Shown: piece by piece, positions 9,602-18,550 of the stretch
Position numbering within the stretch: the stretch's first letter is position 1
Layout of the letters: each line of letters begins with the position of its first letter
IMG/VR virus record: IMGVR_UViG_3300042896_000283
Span: 32,001 to 96,000 of that record
Origin: a virus
DNA length: 64,000 nucleotides
Strand: one strand, 5' to 3'
The notes under the pieces: generated by a model
What the model saw: the letters and a program-made list of their open reading frames with translations, nothing else
What the model was told of the DNA's origin: nothing
Databases searched by the model: none
Translations under genes and position numbers: made by a program

Positions 9602-10187
9602 TAGTAAAGATTTAACAAATAAAACATTCAGTGATTTAACTGCACTATATGTTGTAGATAAACCTTCTACAGTAAACACTAAAAATAGAGGTGTTTGGTG
9701 GATGTGTAAATGCACATGCGGTAAAGAAAAAATTGTTTGTTCTACAGAATTAACTAGAAAAGATACAAAATCTTGTGGATGCATGAAAAAGTATTATAAT
9801 AACAAACTTTACAAAGGCGTTGGATTATTACCACAATCTGTATATAGTCATATTCAATGGGGAGCTAAAAAAAGAAATATAGAATTTAATGTAAGTAAAG
9901 AATATCTTTGGGAAAAATATGAAAGTCAAAAAGGTAAATGCTACTACACAGATCTTGATATAGATTTAAATACTAGAAATAATAAAAAGACAGCTTCTAT
10001 TGATAGAGTAGACTCTTCAAAAGGATATATCGAAGGAAATATTGTATGGGTACATAAAAATATAAATATAATGAAAAATGTTTTTTCTGAAAAAGAGTTT
10101 ATAAATTATTGTAAACTAATAGTAGATAAACATTGTCCTTATGATAAGAATGAAAAAGGAAATACATCACTTAGAACAAGTGAATAA
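9591..10187 (+). mobile_element. Free-standing HNH-type homing endonuclease
   Basis: N-terminal DLTNKTFSDL...WMCKCTCG...KSCGC; C-terminal SIDRVDSSKGYIEGNIVWVHKNINIMK. Confidence 0.8.
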
Positions 10188-10219
10188 AAAGTTCTGTTCT
10201 GTTTTTTAATTGTTGAGAG

Positions 10220-10246
10220 AGCCCTGAAGAAATTTGGGGCTTTTTT
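10220..10246 (+). terminator. Rho-independent terminator
   Basis: AGCCCTGAA-GAAA-TTTGGGGCT followed by a T run. Confidence 0.75.
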
Positions 10247-10303
10247 ATCCTCAATTAACTAACATTTTAGTTAGGTAAATGATGGAAGAAACCTGACATT
10301 TTA

Positions 10304-10335
10304 CTTGGAAAAAACACAAAAAATCACTAACTTTA
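10304..10335 (+). promoter_or_regulatory. Probable Bacteroidota-type promoter for recA
   Basis: CTTG-N20-TAACTTTA, close to TTTG-N19-21-TAnnTTTG. Confidence 0.5.
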
Positions 10336-10356
10336 AACAATTAAAACAATTAAATA

Positions 10357-11451
10357 ATGGCAAAAAAAGCAGTAAGCAAAGAAACTAATAACAAGTTTCA
10401 AGAAGCAATGGACAAATTGAACAAGACTTATGGTGTTGGTTCAATATTAGCATTAGATTCTAAAGCAGGAGGAGATTATGATGTAATCAGTACAGGAAGT
10501 ATTGGTTTTGATCACATCACTCTTGGTGTAGGAGGATTTGTAAAGGGGAAACTCTATGAACTTATGGGCTGGGAGGGCACAGGTAAATCTACAATTTGTG
10601 GACATGCTGCAGCTGAATGTCAAAAAGCAGGTGGAACTGTTCTATATATAGATGGTGAGCATGCTGTTGATAAGAGCTATTTCAAGAAATTAGGTGTAGA
10701 TACAACTAAGATGTTGATTTCTCAACCATCATGTGGTGAGGAAGGTTTTAACATTGCAATGGAGATGATCAACACTGGAGAGATTGATCTTGTAATCATA
10801 GATAGTGATAGTTCACTTATACCTAAAAAGATGCTTGATGGTGATGTAGGAGACTCTACAATCGGTAGAAAAGCTTTATTGAATAGTAATGCTTATCCAA
10901 AGCTAAAAGGAGCTCTATCACAACATAATGTATGTGTAATAGTGATTAGTCAGTACAGAGAGAAGATTGGTGTTATGTTTGGTAATCCTACTACTACACA
11001 AGGTGGCCATGCTTTGAAATTCTACAGTGATGTAAGAATAGAAGTATCTAGAAGTTTAGCTAAAGATGGTGATGTAACTTATGGTAATATCACTAAGTTA
11101 AAAGCTATCAAGAATAAAATGTCTCCTCCATATAGAAAATCTGAATTTGAGATTGTTTATGGTAAAGGTATTGATAAACTTGATGAGATGATGGCTCTTC
11201 TTAATGAGTTTGAATTAGGACGTAAGTATGGTAAAACTATGACTGTAGATGGAGTTAAGTATGACTTAGAAGAATTCAAACAGTTGGTAGTTGATAATCC
11301 AGAGTTCTATGATGAACTAAGAGAAAAGATTATTGCCAAAATTAATGAAGCTGATCTTCCTATAGAAGAAGTAGAAGTTGAAGAAGACGTTGTTCTTCCT
11401 ACAGCTCCATGTTCTAATCATGGTTTATTTGATAATGATGAAGAGTTATGA
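10357..11451 (+). CDS. recA: RecA recombinase
   Basis: STGSIGFD, GWEGTGKST P-loop, IDGEHA, SQP..GEE, QYREKIGVMFGNP.TT.GGHALKFY, KNKMSPPY. Confidence 0.96.
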   Translation: MAKKAVSKETNNKFQEAMDKLNKTYGVGSILALDSKAGGDYDVISTGSIGFDHITLGVGGFVKGKLYELMGWEGTGKSTICGHAAAECQKAGGTVLYIDGEHAVDKSYFKKLGVDTTKMLISQPSCGEEGFNIAMEMINTGEIDLVIIDSDSSLIPKKMLDGDVGDSTIGRKALLNSNAYPKLKGALSQHNVCVIVISQYREKIGVMFGNPTTTQGGHALKFYSDVRIEVSRSLAKDGDVTYGNITKLKAIKNKMSPPYRKSEFEIVYGKGIDKLDEMMALLNEFELGRKYGKTMTVDGVKYDLEEFKQLVVDNPEFYDELREKIIAKINEADLPIEEVEVEEDVVLPTAPCSNHGLFDNDEEL

Positions 11452-11470
11452 TAAAATAATTTAGTTTTAA

Positions 11471-11502
11471 TTTGCATTTTTAAATTTTTATATTTATCTT
11501 TG
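11471..11502 (+). promoter_or_regulatory. Consensus Bacteroidota housekeeping promoter in front of the homing endonuclease
   Basis: TTTG(11471-74)-N20-TATCTTTG(11495-502). Confidence 0.75.
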
Positions 11503-11521
11503 AAACTTAAATATAAATATT

Positions 11522-12055
11522 ATGAAAGAAGAATGGAAAGACATAACTGGATATGAAGGATTATATCAAGTGTCTAGTTTAGGTAGAGTAAAAAGATTAA
11601 AAGGTAAATGTTTAGCAAAAGCGGGTAAGTATAGAAATATTTCTGAAAATATACTTACCGCTTTTCCTAATAAAACTAGGTATAATTATCTTTATATTAA
11701 TCTAAATAATAATGGTATAAAACAATTTAGAGTACATAGGTTAGTTGCTTTAGCTTTTATACCTAATTCTAATAATTTACCAGAAGTAAACCACATTGAT
11801 GGTAATAAAGAAAATAATTGTATAACAAATTTAGAATGGTGCACTAATCTAGAAAATATAAAACATTCTTATAAAATAGGAACTCATATAGTAAGAAAAA
11901 ATGATGATGCACCAAATACTAAATTAAATAGTAAACAAGTAATGGAAATAAGAAAAAAATTAAAAGAAGGTTCTTCAGGTAGAAGTTTATCTAAAGAATA
12001 TAACATGAGTGAAGGAATGATTTCATTAATAAAAAATAATAAATACTGGATATGA
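11522..12055 (+). mobile_element. NUMOD4-HNH homing endonuclease
   Basis: EEWKDITGYEGLYQVSSLGRVK (NUMOD4); VHRLVA.AF..N...EVNHIDGNKENN...NLEW. Confidence 0.9.
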
Positions 12056-12711
12056 TAATAGGGGTAGGAGGAAAAATGGGTTCGGGTAAAAATACTGTAT
12101 GTGAGATCATACAAGGATTGTGTGCAACTAACAATGGGCCAGCATTTGAACAAAAAGCTTTTGCAGGGAAGCTAAAAGAAACAGCTTCCCTTCTTACTGG
12201 GATTCCTGTAGAGAAGTTTGAAGATCAAGAATTTAAGAAAACTAGTTTAGGTTCTGAGTGGAATAGACTTCTTTATGCGACATTAGATGATGAAAACCCT
12301 TTACTTTCTGTAATGTCTGTTAGAGAACTTCTACAAAAACTTGGTACAGAAGCAATGCGTGATGGATTACATGTAAATGTATGGATTAATGCTTTGTTTG
12401 CTGATTATAAACCAACAGATTCTAATTGGAATGACAGTTTGTTAAAACATAAACCAGAAAACATGTTGTATCCAAACTGGATTATTACAGACATGAGATT
12501 TCCTAATGAGATGGAAGCTGTTGTAGAAAAAGGTGGGCTTACTATTAAAGTAACAAGACCAGTTGAAAAAAGAAAAACAACTGCTAGATTACACCCTTCA
12601 GAAACAGCTCTGGATGATGCTAAGTTTGATTATGAAATTATCAATGATGGAACTATTGAAGATCTTGTAGAAAAAGTAAGAGAGATTTTAACTAAAGAAG
12701 CAATCATATGA
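12052..12711 (+). CDS. Deoxynucleoside monophosphate kinase
   Basis: IIGVGGKMGSGKNT, FAGKLKE, RELLQKLGTE..R, ITDMRFPNE, HPSE. Confidence 0.88.
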   Translation: MIIGVGGKMGSGKNTVCEIIQGLCATNNGPAFEQKAFAGKLKETASLLTGIPVEKFEDQEFKKTSLGSEWNRLLYATLDDENPLLSVMSVRELLQKLGTEAMRDGLHVNVWINALFADYKPTDSNWNDSLLKHKPENMLYPNWIITDMRFPNEMEAVVEKGGLTIKVTRPVEKRKTTARLHPSETALDDAKFDYEIINDGTIEDLVEKVREILTKEAII

Positions 12712-13082
12712 ATCCAAGATTTGAACCAAAACATATATTAGCAATTGATTTTGATCTAACTATATGTATGAGTGATTATCCAGCCCTTGGTCCCATTAGA
12801 GATGGGGCTAAGGAGGCTATCACAAAACTATATGAAAAAGGATTTGGTATTGTTATCAATACATGTAGAGAAGGACATGCTTTATCTTATGCTATGCATT
12901 GGTTAAAAGAGAATCAAATTCCTTATCATTATGTTAATTGTAACTTTCCACATCTAATTGAATATTACAAAGCTGATTGTCGTAAGATTTCTGCAGACAT
13001 GTACATTGATGATAAAGGAGTTGAACCTCTTCCATCATGGAATAAAATTTATAAAATAATAAACAACAAATTTAAATTATGA
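12708..13082 (+). CDS. HAD-superfamily phosphatase
   Basis: AIDFDLTI, INTCR, RKISADMYIDDK. Confidence 0.8.
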   Translation: MNPRFEPKHILAIDFDLTICMSDYPALGPIRDGAKEAITKLYEKGFGIVINTCREGHALSYAMHWLKENQIPYHYVNCNFPHLIEYYKADCRKISADMYIDDKGVEPLPSWNKIYKIINNKFKL

Positions 13083-13387
13083 AAAGTTACAATGAATTAG
13101 AAGCTCTTGTTATAGCATGGGCAGAACAAAAAGGTATTCTACAAAATGGAACACCAAGAGCACAAGCAATGAAAACCTGGGAAGAAACAGATGAGTTAAT
13201 CACAGCTATCGAAAATGATGATAGAGAAGAAGTAATTGATGCTCTGGGTGATATACTAGTTACAATCATTATACAAGCAGAGATGCAAGGATTAAGCCTT
13301 ACAGAATGTTTGAATAGTGCTTACAATGTAATCTCTAAGCGTACAGGTAAGATGGTAGATGGTCAATTTGTAAAAGATGCAAAATAA
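13079..13387 (+). CDS. MazG-like NTP pyrophosphohydrolase
   Basis: KTWEETDEL...DALGDILVT...CLNSAYNVISKRTG. Confidence 0.85.
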   Translation: MKSYNELEALVIAWAEQKGILQNGTPRAQAMKTWEETDELITAIENDDREEVIDALGDILVTIIIQAEMQGLSLTECLNSAYNVISKRTGKMVDGQFVKDAK

Positions 13388-13571
13388 GCTATTCTTTACA
13401 TCAATAAATGATATATGTAAGAAATGTGGGGGGTATAAATTTGCCCCCTATAATTTTAATACATCAGCCACAATAAGACTATGTCATTGTACAAAGATCA
13501 CAAATTCTGAATTTACTGAATCACAAAAAAAGATTTTAGATGAAATGCAAAACATGCGGAAAAAATTGTGA
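13377..13571 (+). CDS. Small Cys-containing hypothetical protein
   Basis: CKKC...CHC; operonic. Confidence 0.45.
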   Translation: MQNKLFFTSINDICKKCGGYKFAPYNFNTSATIRLCHCTKITNSEFTESQKKILDEMQNMRKKL

Positions 13572-13935
13572 TGGAGAATATTGCTTTCAACATAAACAAA
13601 GAAAACCTTTAGCTCAAAGTAGGATGAAATCAACATTAACTCCTAAAAAAGGGATTAATGAACGAGTTATCATACAAAGAGAATTCTTTTTATCTATATG
13701 GAAGAAAAGAAAGCATTATTCAGAAGTAAGTGGTGACTATCTTGGATCTGAACCTATGAGTACATATTTTCATCATATACTAGCTAAAGAAAAATATCCT
13801 GAAGCTTGTTTAGATGAAGAAAATATTATACTTTTGACACTTGAAGAGCATTCTAATGTTGAAAATGATATGTATAGATATGACGAAGTTAATAAAAGAC
13901 GTGATAGTCTCAAAAATAAGTATTCTATACTTTGA
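13540..13935 (+). CDS. His-Me finger (HNH/NinG-like) nuclease-like protein
   Basis: CKTC..C...CFQH; SEVSG, FHHIL.K.KYP, NIILLT.EEH. Confidence 0.6.
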   Translation: MKCKTCGKNCDGEYCFQHKQRKPLAQSRMKSTLTPKKGINERVIIQREFFLSIWKKRKHYSEVSGDYLGSEPMSTYFHHILAKEKYPEACLDEENIILLTLEEHSNVENDMYRYDEVNKRRDSLKNKYSIL

Positions 13936-14021
13936 TGTACTTAATGGAGTTATAGAACAAAGTGTAAAAAATAATAGAAAAAATGCAATTAATAATGCAA
14001 CTAAAGTAAAATATAATAAAA

Positions 14022-14282
14022 ATGAAAGTAGAAGTGCTTAAATTTAGTGCCTCATGGTGTGGGCCTTGTAGAGTGTTAGCTCAAACACTAAAAGATGTTG
14101 ATGGAATAACCAACATTGACATAGAGAAAGATCAAGAAACAGCTAGAAAGTATGGAATCAGAAGTGTTCCAACTATGGTGTTTCTAAAGAATGGTAAAGA
14201 GGTACATAGACAATCTGGTAATATGCCATTGAAGATGTATGAAGATATTCTAAATGATCTAAAGTTCTCAAAAGAAATTTAA
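14022..14282 (+). CDS. trxA: Thioredoxin
   Basis: FSASWCGPC, YGIRSVPT. Confidence 0.92.
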   Translation: MKVEVLKFSASWCGPCRVLAQTLKDVDGITNIDIEKDQETARKYGIRSVPTMVFLKNGKEVHRQSGNMPLKMYEDILNDLKFSKEI

Positions 14283-14300
14283 TAATTAAAACCAACAAAT

Positions 14301-14576
14301 ATGAACAATCAATTTATTTACACAGCTACAATAGCTGACAAGGAGTTTAAAGCTTCTTTAAATGTTAACAAGGTTATTAGAACCTTAGCTAATGAAGATG
14401 GATCTCTAATTGTCATTCTAGATGATTTCAATGAGAGAGTAACACAACAACCAGATATCGACATCAAGACTAACAAGATGAAGGGATTTAAGAGTGTTAG
14501 AGAAACAGTTCAATCAGAAATCCTATTGAATGTATCAGATGCAGAAAGATTTTTTAACTTAATAGAATACAAATAA
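14301..14576 (+). CDS. Hypothetical protein
   Basis: 91-aa ORF with A-rich leader. Confidence 0.6.
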   Translation: MNNQFIYTATIADKEFKASLNVNKVIRTLANEDGSLIVILDDFNERVTQQPDIDIKTNKMKGFKSVRETVQSEILLNVSDAERFFNLIEYK

Positions 14577-14580
14577 AACC

Positions 14581-14871
14581 ATGGCAACATTATTAGGAAA
14601 TCGCGTTTATTTAGAAATGCCCAAAAAAGAAGAAAGCAAACTTGTAGTAGATGATAACACAAAAGAAGCTTTACAAAAAGAACTACTTAAAAAAATGAGT
14701 AGATTGAAAATTCACTCTGTAGGAGATGCAATCATGAATCCTAACTTAGTAGTAGGAGCTGAAGTGTTGGTGGATCCATCTGCACTTAGAGATAAAACTC
14801 TAATCATTCCTTTATCAGATGTAGAAGATGTATTGTTAGTTTCTCCATTTGATATTATTCAAGTCTGGTAG
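14581..14871 (+). CDS. GroES-like co-chaperonin
   Basis: LLGNRVYL, SVGD, VGAEVLV, terminal DII pattern and ~96-aa length. Confidence 0.55.
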   Translation: MATLLGNRVYLEMPKKEESKLVVDDNTKEALQKELLKKMSRLKIHSVGDAIMNPNLVVGAEVLVDPSALRDKTLIIPLSDVEDVLLVSPFDIIQVW

Positions 14872-15549
14872 ATGATATCAGTTCTTACCATAACTTACAA
14901 AAGACATCACCTTCTAGAAGAAGCTATTCAATCATTTTTGAATCAATCTTTTCTTTCAGAAGGTGAAATGGTAATTATTAATGATAACCCTGATGTAGAT
15001 TATATATATGATCACCCCAGGGTTAGAATTATTAATCATAAGGAAAGATTTCCATCTATAGCTGCTAAGCTTGAGTGGGGATATAGACAATGTAAATATG
15101 ATTACATCTATAGACTAGATGATGATGATCTTCTTACACCTTGGGCTCTTAATAATGCAAAGGCAGATATATTAGCTAATCCTGGATTTGAAATTTATAG
15201 AAGTGAAGGAATGTATTTCTTTATGAATAATAAGTTCGAGAAAGAAAGCTCTAATATAAACAATGGAAACATATATACCAAAGCTTATTTAGGTAGAATT
15301 ACATGGCCAGATAAGAGTGGTAATGAAGATGATGACATTACATTCCACCATGGTGGTACAATATATGAATCAAAGTTAAAACATACAATGATTTATAGAT
15401 GGGGAATGGGAACATTCCATATATCAGGATTAGGAATACAATCTAATCAAGTTATATTAGATCATGCAGATAAAGTGTTAGATGATACAAAAGGAGAAAT
15501 TATTCTTCATCCACATTTTAAACATGATTATTATAGTCAAATCAAATAA
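14872..15549 (+). CDS. Glycosyltransferase family 2
   Basis: ISVLTITYKRHHLLEEAIQSFLNQ, VIIND, YIYRLDDDD. Confidence 0.85.
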   Translation: MISVLTITYKRHHLLEEAIQSFLNQSFLSEGEMVIINDNPDVDYIYDHPRVRIINHKERFPSIAAKLEWGYRQCKYDYIYRLDDDDLLTPWALNNAKADILANPGFEIYRSEGMYFFMNNKFEKESSNINNGNIYTKAYLGRITWPDKSGNEDDDITFHHGGTIYESKLKHTMIYRWGMGTFHISGLGIQSNQVILDHADKVLDDTKGEIILHPHFKHDYYSQIK

Positions 15550-15606
15550 ATATTGTATATTTGCAATGTGAAAAACAAATAAATGTTTGGTTAATATTGT
15601 TACAAT

Positions 15607-15639
15607 AAAAAAGCCCCTCTTAATAGAAGGGCTTTTTTT
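15607..15639. terminator. Bidirectional terminator at the early/late convergence
   Basis: AAAAAAGCCC-CTCTTAATAGAA-GGGCTTTTTTT between convergent operons. Confidence 0.85.
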
Positions 15640-15796
15640 ATTTTGATAATTTCTTAGCTTTCATTGGTTGCTGAGCACTTTTTCTATTTCTAATCAGGTC
15701 AGCTTCTTTCATGTAGTTCCCACTAATAGGTTTAGGAGGAGCCACCTTTGGAGCCTTTCTTGGTGCTCCAGATTTCTTAGCTTTACCAGCTGTCAT
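15638..15796 (-). CDS. Small basic protein (52 aa, not in ORF track)
   Basis: MTAGKAKKSGAPRKAPKVAPPKP...KKLSK*. Confidence 0.6.
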   Translation of the reverse strand: MTAGKAKKSGAPRKAPKVAPPKPISGNYMKEADLIRNRKSAQQPMKAKKLSK

Positions 15797-15800
15797 AGAT

Positions 15801-16163
15801 TTACTTGCAGCCATACTTGCATTTCTTTACAGAAGTTCCTGATTTAGCTTTCATTGCACCACCATTTTTCTTATATCCCATTTTATTTCTAACAGGTGTA
15901 GATAATTTTCCAAGACCAACTTTATCAGAAGGAACAGATTTTAAAGAAACACCAGTTTTAGCTTTTTTTACAGGACCACCATTTTTTCTAGTTAGATATT
16001 TAAAATCTTCAGGATGTTTTTTCTCATCTTCTTTTGAGATGACTACACCTACAGCTTTACCTTTGTTAGCTTTTGCATCTTTTATATCTGTAGGAGTTTT
16101 TTTAAAACTAGTTGATGTAGTTTTCTTAGCAGTAATTCCTGCTTGTGCTTTTTTAATTGCCAT
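15801..16163 (-). CDS. Lys-rich protein with repeated xxG(G) motifs (possible core protein)
   Basis: KKAQAG, RKNGG, KAKTG, KKNGG, KAKSG. Confidence 0.65.
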   Translation of the reverse strand: MAIKKAQAGITAKKTTSTSFKKTPTDIKDAKANKGKAVGVVISKEDEKKHPEDFKYLTRKNGGPVKKAKTGVSLKSVPSDKVGLGKLSTPVRNKMGYKKNGGAMKAKSGTSVKKCKYGCK

Positions 16164-16230
16164 GATTACATTAATATATTGTTAGTATTAGTTGTTGGTA
16201 AATAACCAAAGAAGTTATTCAGTTTTTTTC

Positions 16231-16509
16231 TTAACAGTTCCATTTTCTCAAAGATTTATTGATTCTTGAATTAGGATCTTTTGCTGTCTTAGCACTTGTA
16301 AGCTTCTTCTTCATACCTGACATTCTACTACAAAATGACTTACGTCTTCCTGCAGCTTTACTTCCAGCTTTAAGTTTAGAAGGCTTAGTAGTTACAGCTG
16401 TCTTAAGTTTGCTTCCAGGATGTTGCTTTCTATATGAAGCCACTCCCTTAGCATTTAGACCACCAGAAGAATTCTTTCCTTCTTTCTTTTGCCATGCTGC
16501 TGTTGCCAT
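16231..16509 (-). CDS. Conserved basic phage protein (DUF6321-like)
   Basis: AWQKKEGKN.SGGLNAKG.ASY...RRKSFC.RM.GM...RINKSLRKWNC. Confidence 0.7.
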   Translation of the reverse strand: MATAAWQKKEGKNSSGGLNAKGVASYRKQHPGSKLKTAVTTKPSKLKAGSKAAGRRKSFCSRMSGMKKKLTSAKTAKDPNSRINKSLRKWNC

Positions 16510-16790
16510 TATTTCTTAGATTTAGCTTTAATCTTTTTCTCTTGAACTAACATTTGTTTAGTAGGTTTCTTTCCAGATCCTTTATTAGCTCTTATGTTAT
16601 CCCATAATCCACGTTTAGATGTACTACCATCTGCACGTTTAATCATACCACCAGATTTTAATGTGCTTCCTTTAAAGGGGCCTTTCTTCTTGATTAAAGG
16701 ACCATTAGGAACAGGTGTTATCTTACCACCTTTACGTAATACACCAGGGCCTACATAAGCTGTAGCATTCTGAGGATTAAGCTTAGACAT
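16509..16790 (-). CDS. Small basic phage protein
   Basis: LRKGG, LKSGG, KRGLWDNIRA. Confidence 0.6.
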   Translation of the reverse strand: MSKLNPQNATAYVGPGVLRKGGKITPVPNGPLIKKKGPFKGSTLKSGGMIKRADGSTSKRGLWDNIRANKGSGKKPTKQMLVQEKKIKAKSKK

Positions 16791-17110
16791 TATTTCTTCT
16801 TAGCTATTTTACGAAGTGTGTGAGCAAGAGCTTTTCTTCGAGGAGTACAAGTTGCTTTAGTTTCAGGTGTACAATATCCTTTATGAGCAGGATTTATTGC
16901 TCCTTGAATCCAGTTTTTTTTTACTTTACCACCAGCTTTCATCTTTGTAGCACCAAGTTGTTTATCTTTTACAAGATGAGCTTTACCTTTTGCACCAGCT
17001 AATGTTTTCTTTTGTACTTTTGTGAATGCTCCATTAGGATCTACAGGACCCACTCGTTTGTTTGATGCTTTAAGTCCAGTTAGACTTCCACCTTTTGTTT
17101 TAGTTGCCAT
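16790..17110 (-). CDS. Small basic phage protein
   Basis: MKAGG, KKNWIQGAI...RRKALAHTL. Confidence 0.6.
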   Translation of the reverse strand: MATKTKGGSLTGLKASNKRVGPVDPNGAFTKVQKKTLAGAKGKAHLVKDKQLGATKMKAGGKVKKNWIQGAINPAHKGYCTPETKATCTPRRKALAHTLRKIAKKK

Positions 17111-17300
17111 AGCGTTTAAATGTTATATTAGGTTTAATAATAAGATCCTTATGGGTATATTGCCATAATTCTCCTGTTTGATTAATTATTATTGTATAGA
17201 TGGTGTCTGTCTCATGACCATAATCAGTCACTAACCAAACAATCCCATCTCCCTTGGGTGTTATAACATCTATTCTATTCTTTGGTTCATATATTCTCAT
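17100..17300 (-). CDS. Hypothetical protein
   Basis: 66-aa operonic ORF. Confidence 0.55.
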   Translation of the reverse strand: MRIYEPKNRIDVITPKGDGIVWLVTDYGHETDTIYTIIINQTGELWQYTHKDLIIKPNITFKRYGN

Positions 17301-17356
17301 AGAGAAGTGCTTTTGTTCGAGAACACCTGTTTTTCGTCACCCAACAGGTATGTTAC

Positions 17357-17587
17357 TTATTCTGCTACTGGAGCTTCAACTTCTTTGATGATATCAGCTT
17401 CTACACCAGCTATCATTAATTTCTCAATCACTTCATTAGCTTTCATCATTAATTGGAAACGTGCTGCTTCTTCTGATGATAAATAAGCTCTAACTGTGTT
17501 AAGAATTAGACCAAAGTCTTGTCCTGAAATTTCAAATGTGTCTTCAGGAGTCCATGTGTACCTTTTAGCAGGATCATACTGTGCCAT
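17357..17587 (-). CDS. Hypothetical protein
   Basis: 76-aa ORF; weak -7-like TACTTTTA upstream (17618-17625). Confidence 0.6.
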   Translation of the reverse strand: MAQYDPAKRYTWTPEDTFEISGQDFGLILNTVRAYLSSEEAARFQLMMKANEVIEKLMIAGVEADIIKEVEAPVAE

Positions 17588-17633
17588 AATTTAATTGGTT
17601 TTATTGTTTATAATCAGTAAAAGTAAATAATGT

Positions 17634-17924
17634 TTATGAATTATCCAAATTTATTTCAAATGTTATTACTGAACTTGTTTTAATTGATTTACTCATATCA
17701 ACTCTTATTTTAAACATATTACAAAACTTAAGTATTTCTTCTATAACCATATTATTATACTTAGGAAGACTACAAGCTATTCTGAATCTATATGATTCTA
17801 AAGTTTTAGTTATCTCTAAGCTACATAATTCATCAACAGAAGATATAATACCCTCCAAATGAGCAAGAAATGTTTCATCATTATCTTGCATCAATTTTGG
17901 AAAGTATTTTCTGTTTATTTCCAT
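17634..17924 (-). CDS. Hypothetical protein
   Basis: 96-aa ORF coupled to the ferritin-like gene. Confidence 0.55.
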   Translation of the reverse strand: MEINRKYFPKLMQDNDETFLAHLEGIISSVDELCSLEITKTLESYRFRIACSLPKYNNMVIEEILKFCNMFKIRVDMSKSIKTSSVITFEINLDNS

Positions 17925-18349
17925 TATGACAATGTTAATCTGTATAATGTTTGAGCAGCTTCTCCACTTAGAGATTGCGCAATATTTTCAATGTCTGGCA
18001 TATTGTTAGCTTCTCCATATTCTTCAAGATCACTAGCAAATGTTACTAACTCTCTTACCACTTGATTAGGCATACCTGTAGAATAATCTTTTAAAGCATC
18101 AATTTTATATGCTCTAACTCTTTTTCCTGTATATCCCATAATCTTTTCTACAATCTCATCTTGTAAGTCTGCCACTTTATCATAAATGGTTCCTAAAGCT
18201 GAATGTTCAGCAAATGATGTAGTTTGAAAATGTAATAAGTGTAATTCTTCATGGAAGTATGAAAGCTTACCAGCTATTGTTTCTAATGTTAAACTAGAAC
18301 TTCCTTTTGATTCCATCATTTCTTCTGGAAATAGGGATTTTAATGCCAT
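17924..18349 (-). CDS. Ferritin/Dps-like four-helix protein (DUF5856-like)
   Basis: HLLHFQTTSFAEHSALG..YD.....DEIVEKIMG ... LYRLTL. Confidence 0.75.
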   Translation of the reverse strand: MALKSLFPEEMMESKGSSSLTLETIAGKLSYFHEELHLLHFQTTSFAEHSALGTIYDKVADLQDEIVEKIMGYTGKRVRAYKIDALKDYSTGMPNQVVRELVTFASDLEEYGEANNMPDIENIAQSLSGEAAQTLYRLTLS

Positions 18350-18365
18350 GTTTTTAGTTTTTAAA

Positions 18366-18548
18366 TTAAGGAGCTACTGTAGTAGTAGTGGTAGTTGTAT
18401 AATTACAACATTCTTTAGCATCTATTTCTTTCCAATTTCCAACCTTCGGTTTAAATGCTTGTACAATTAAACTACTTGATACTATACGCCCTGAACCATC
18501 AAAACGTACATAAGCTTTAAGCTTATTATTATTATTACTTCTAGCCAT
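18366..18548 (-). CDS. Small protein with C-terminal poly-Thr tail (paralog 1)
   Basis: KAYVRFDGSGRIV...KPKVG.W.EI.A.ECCNYTTTTTTTVAP. Confidence 0.75.
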   Translation of the reverse strand: MARSNNNNKLKAYVRFDGSGRIVSSSLIVQAFKPKVGNWKEIDAKECCNYTTTTTTTVAP

Positions 18549-18550
18549 GA

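Noticed and set aside
17301-17356. GC-richer intergenic stem (CCTGTT...AACAGG) as tRNA or ncRNA
   Set aside because: Too short with no cloverleaf; at most a small hairpin
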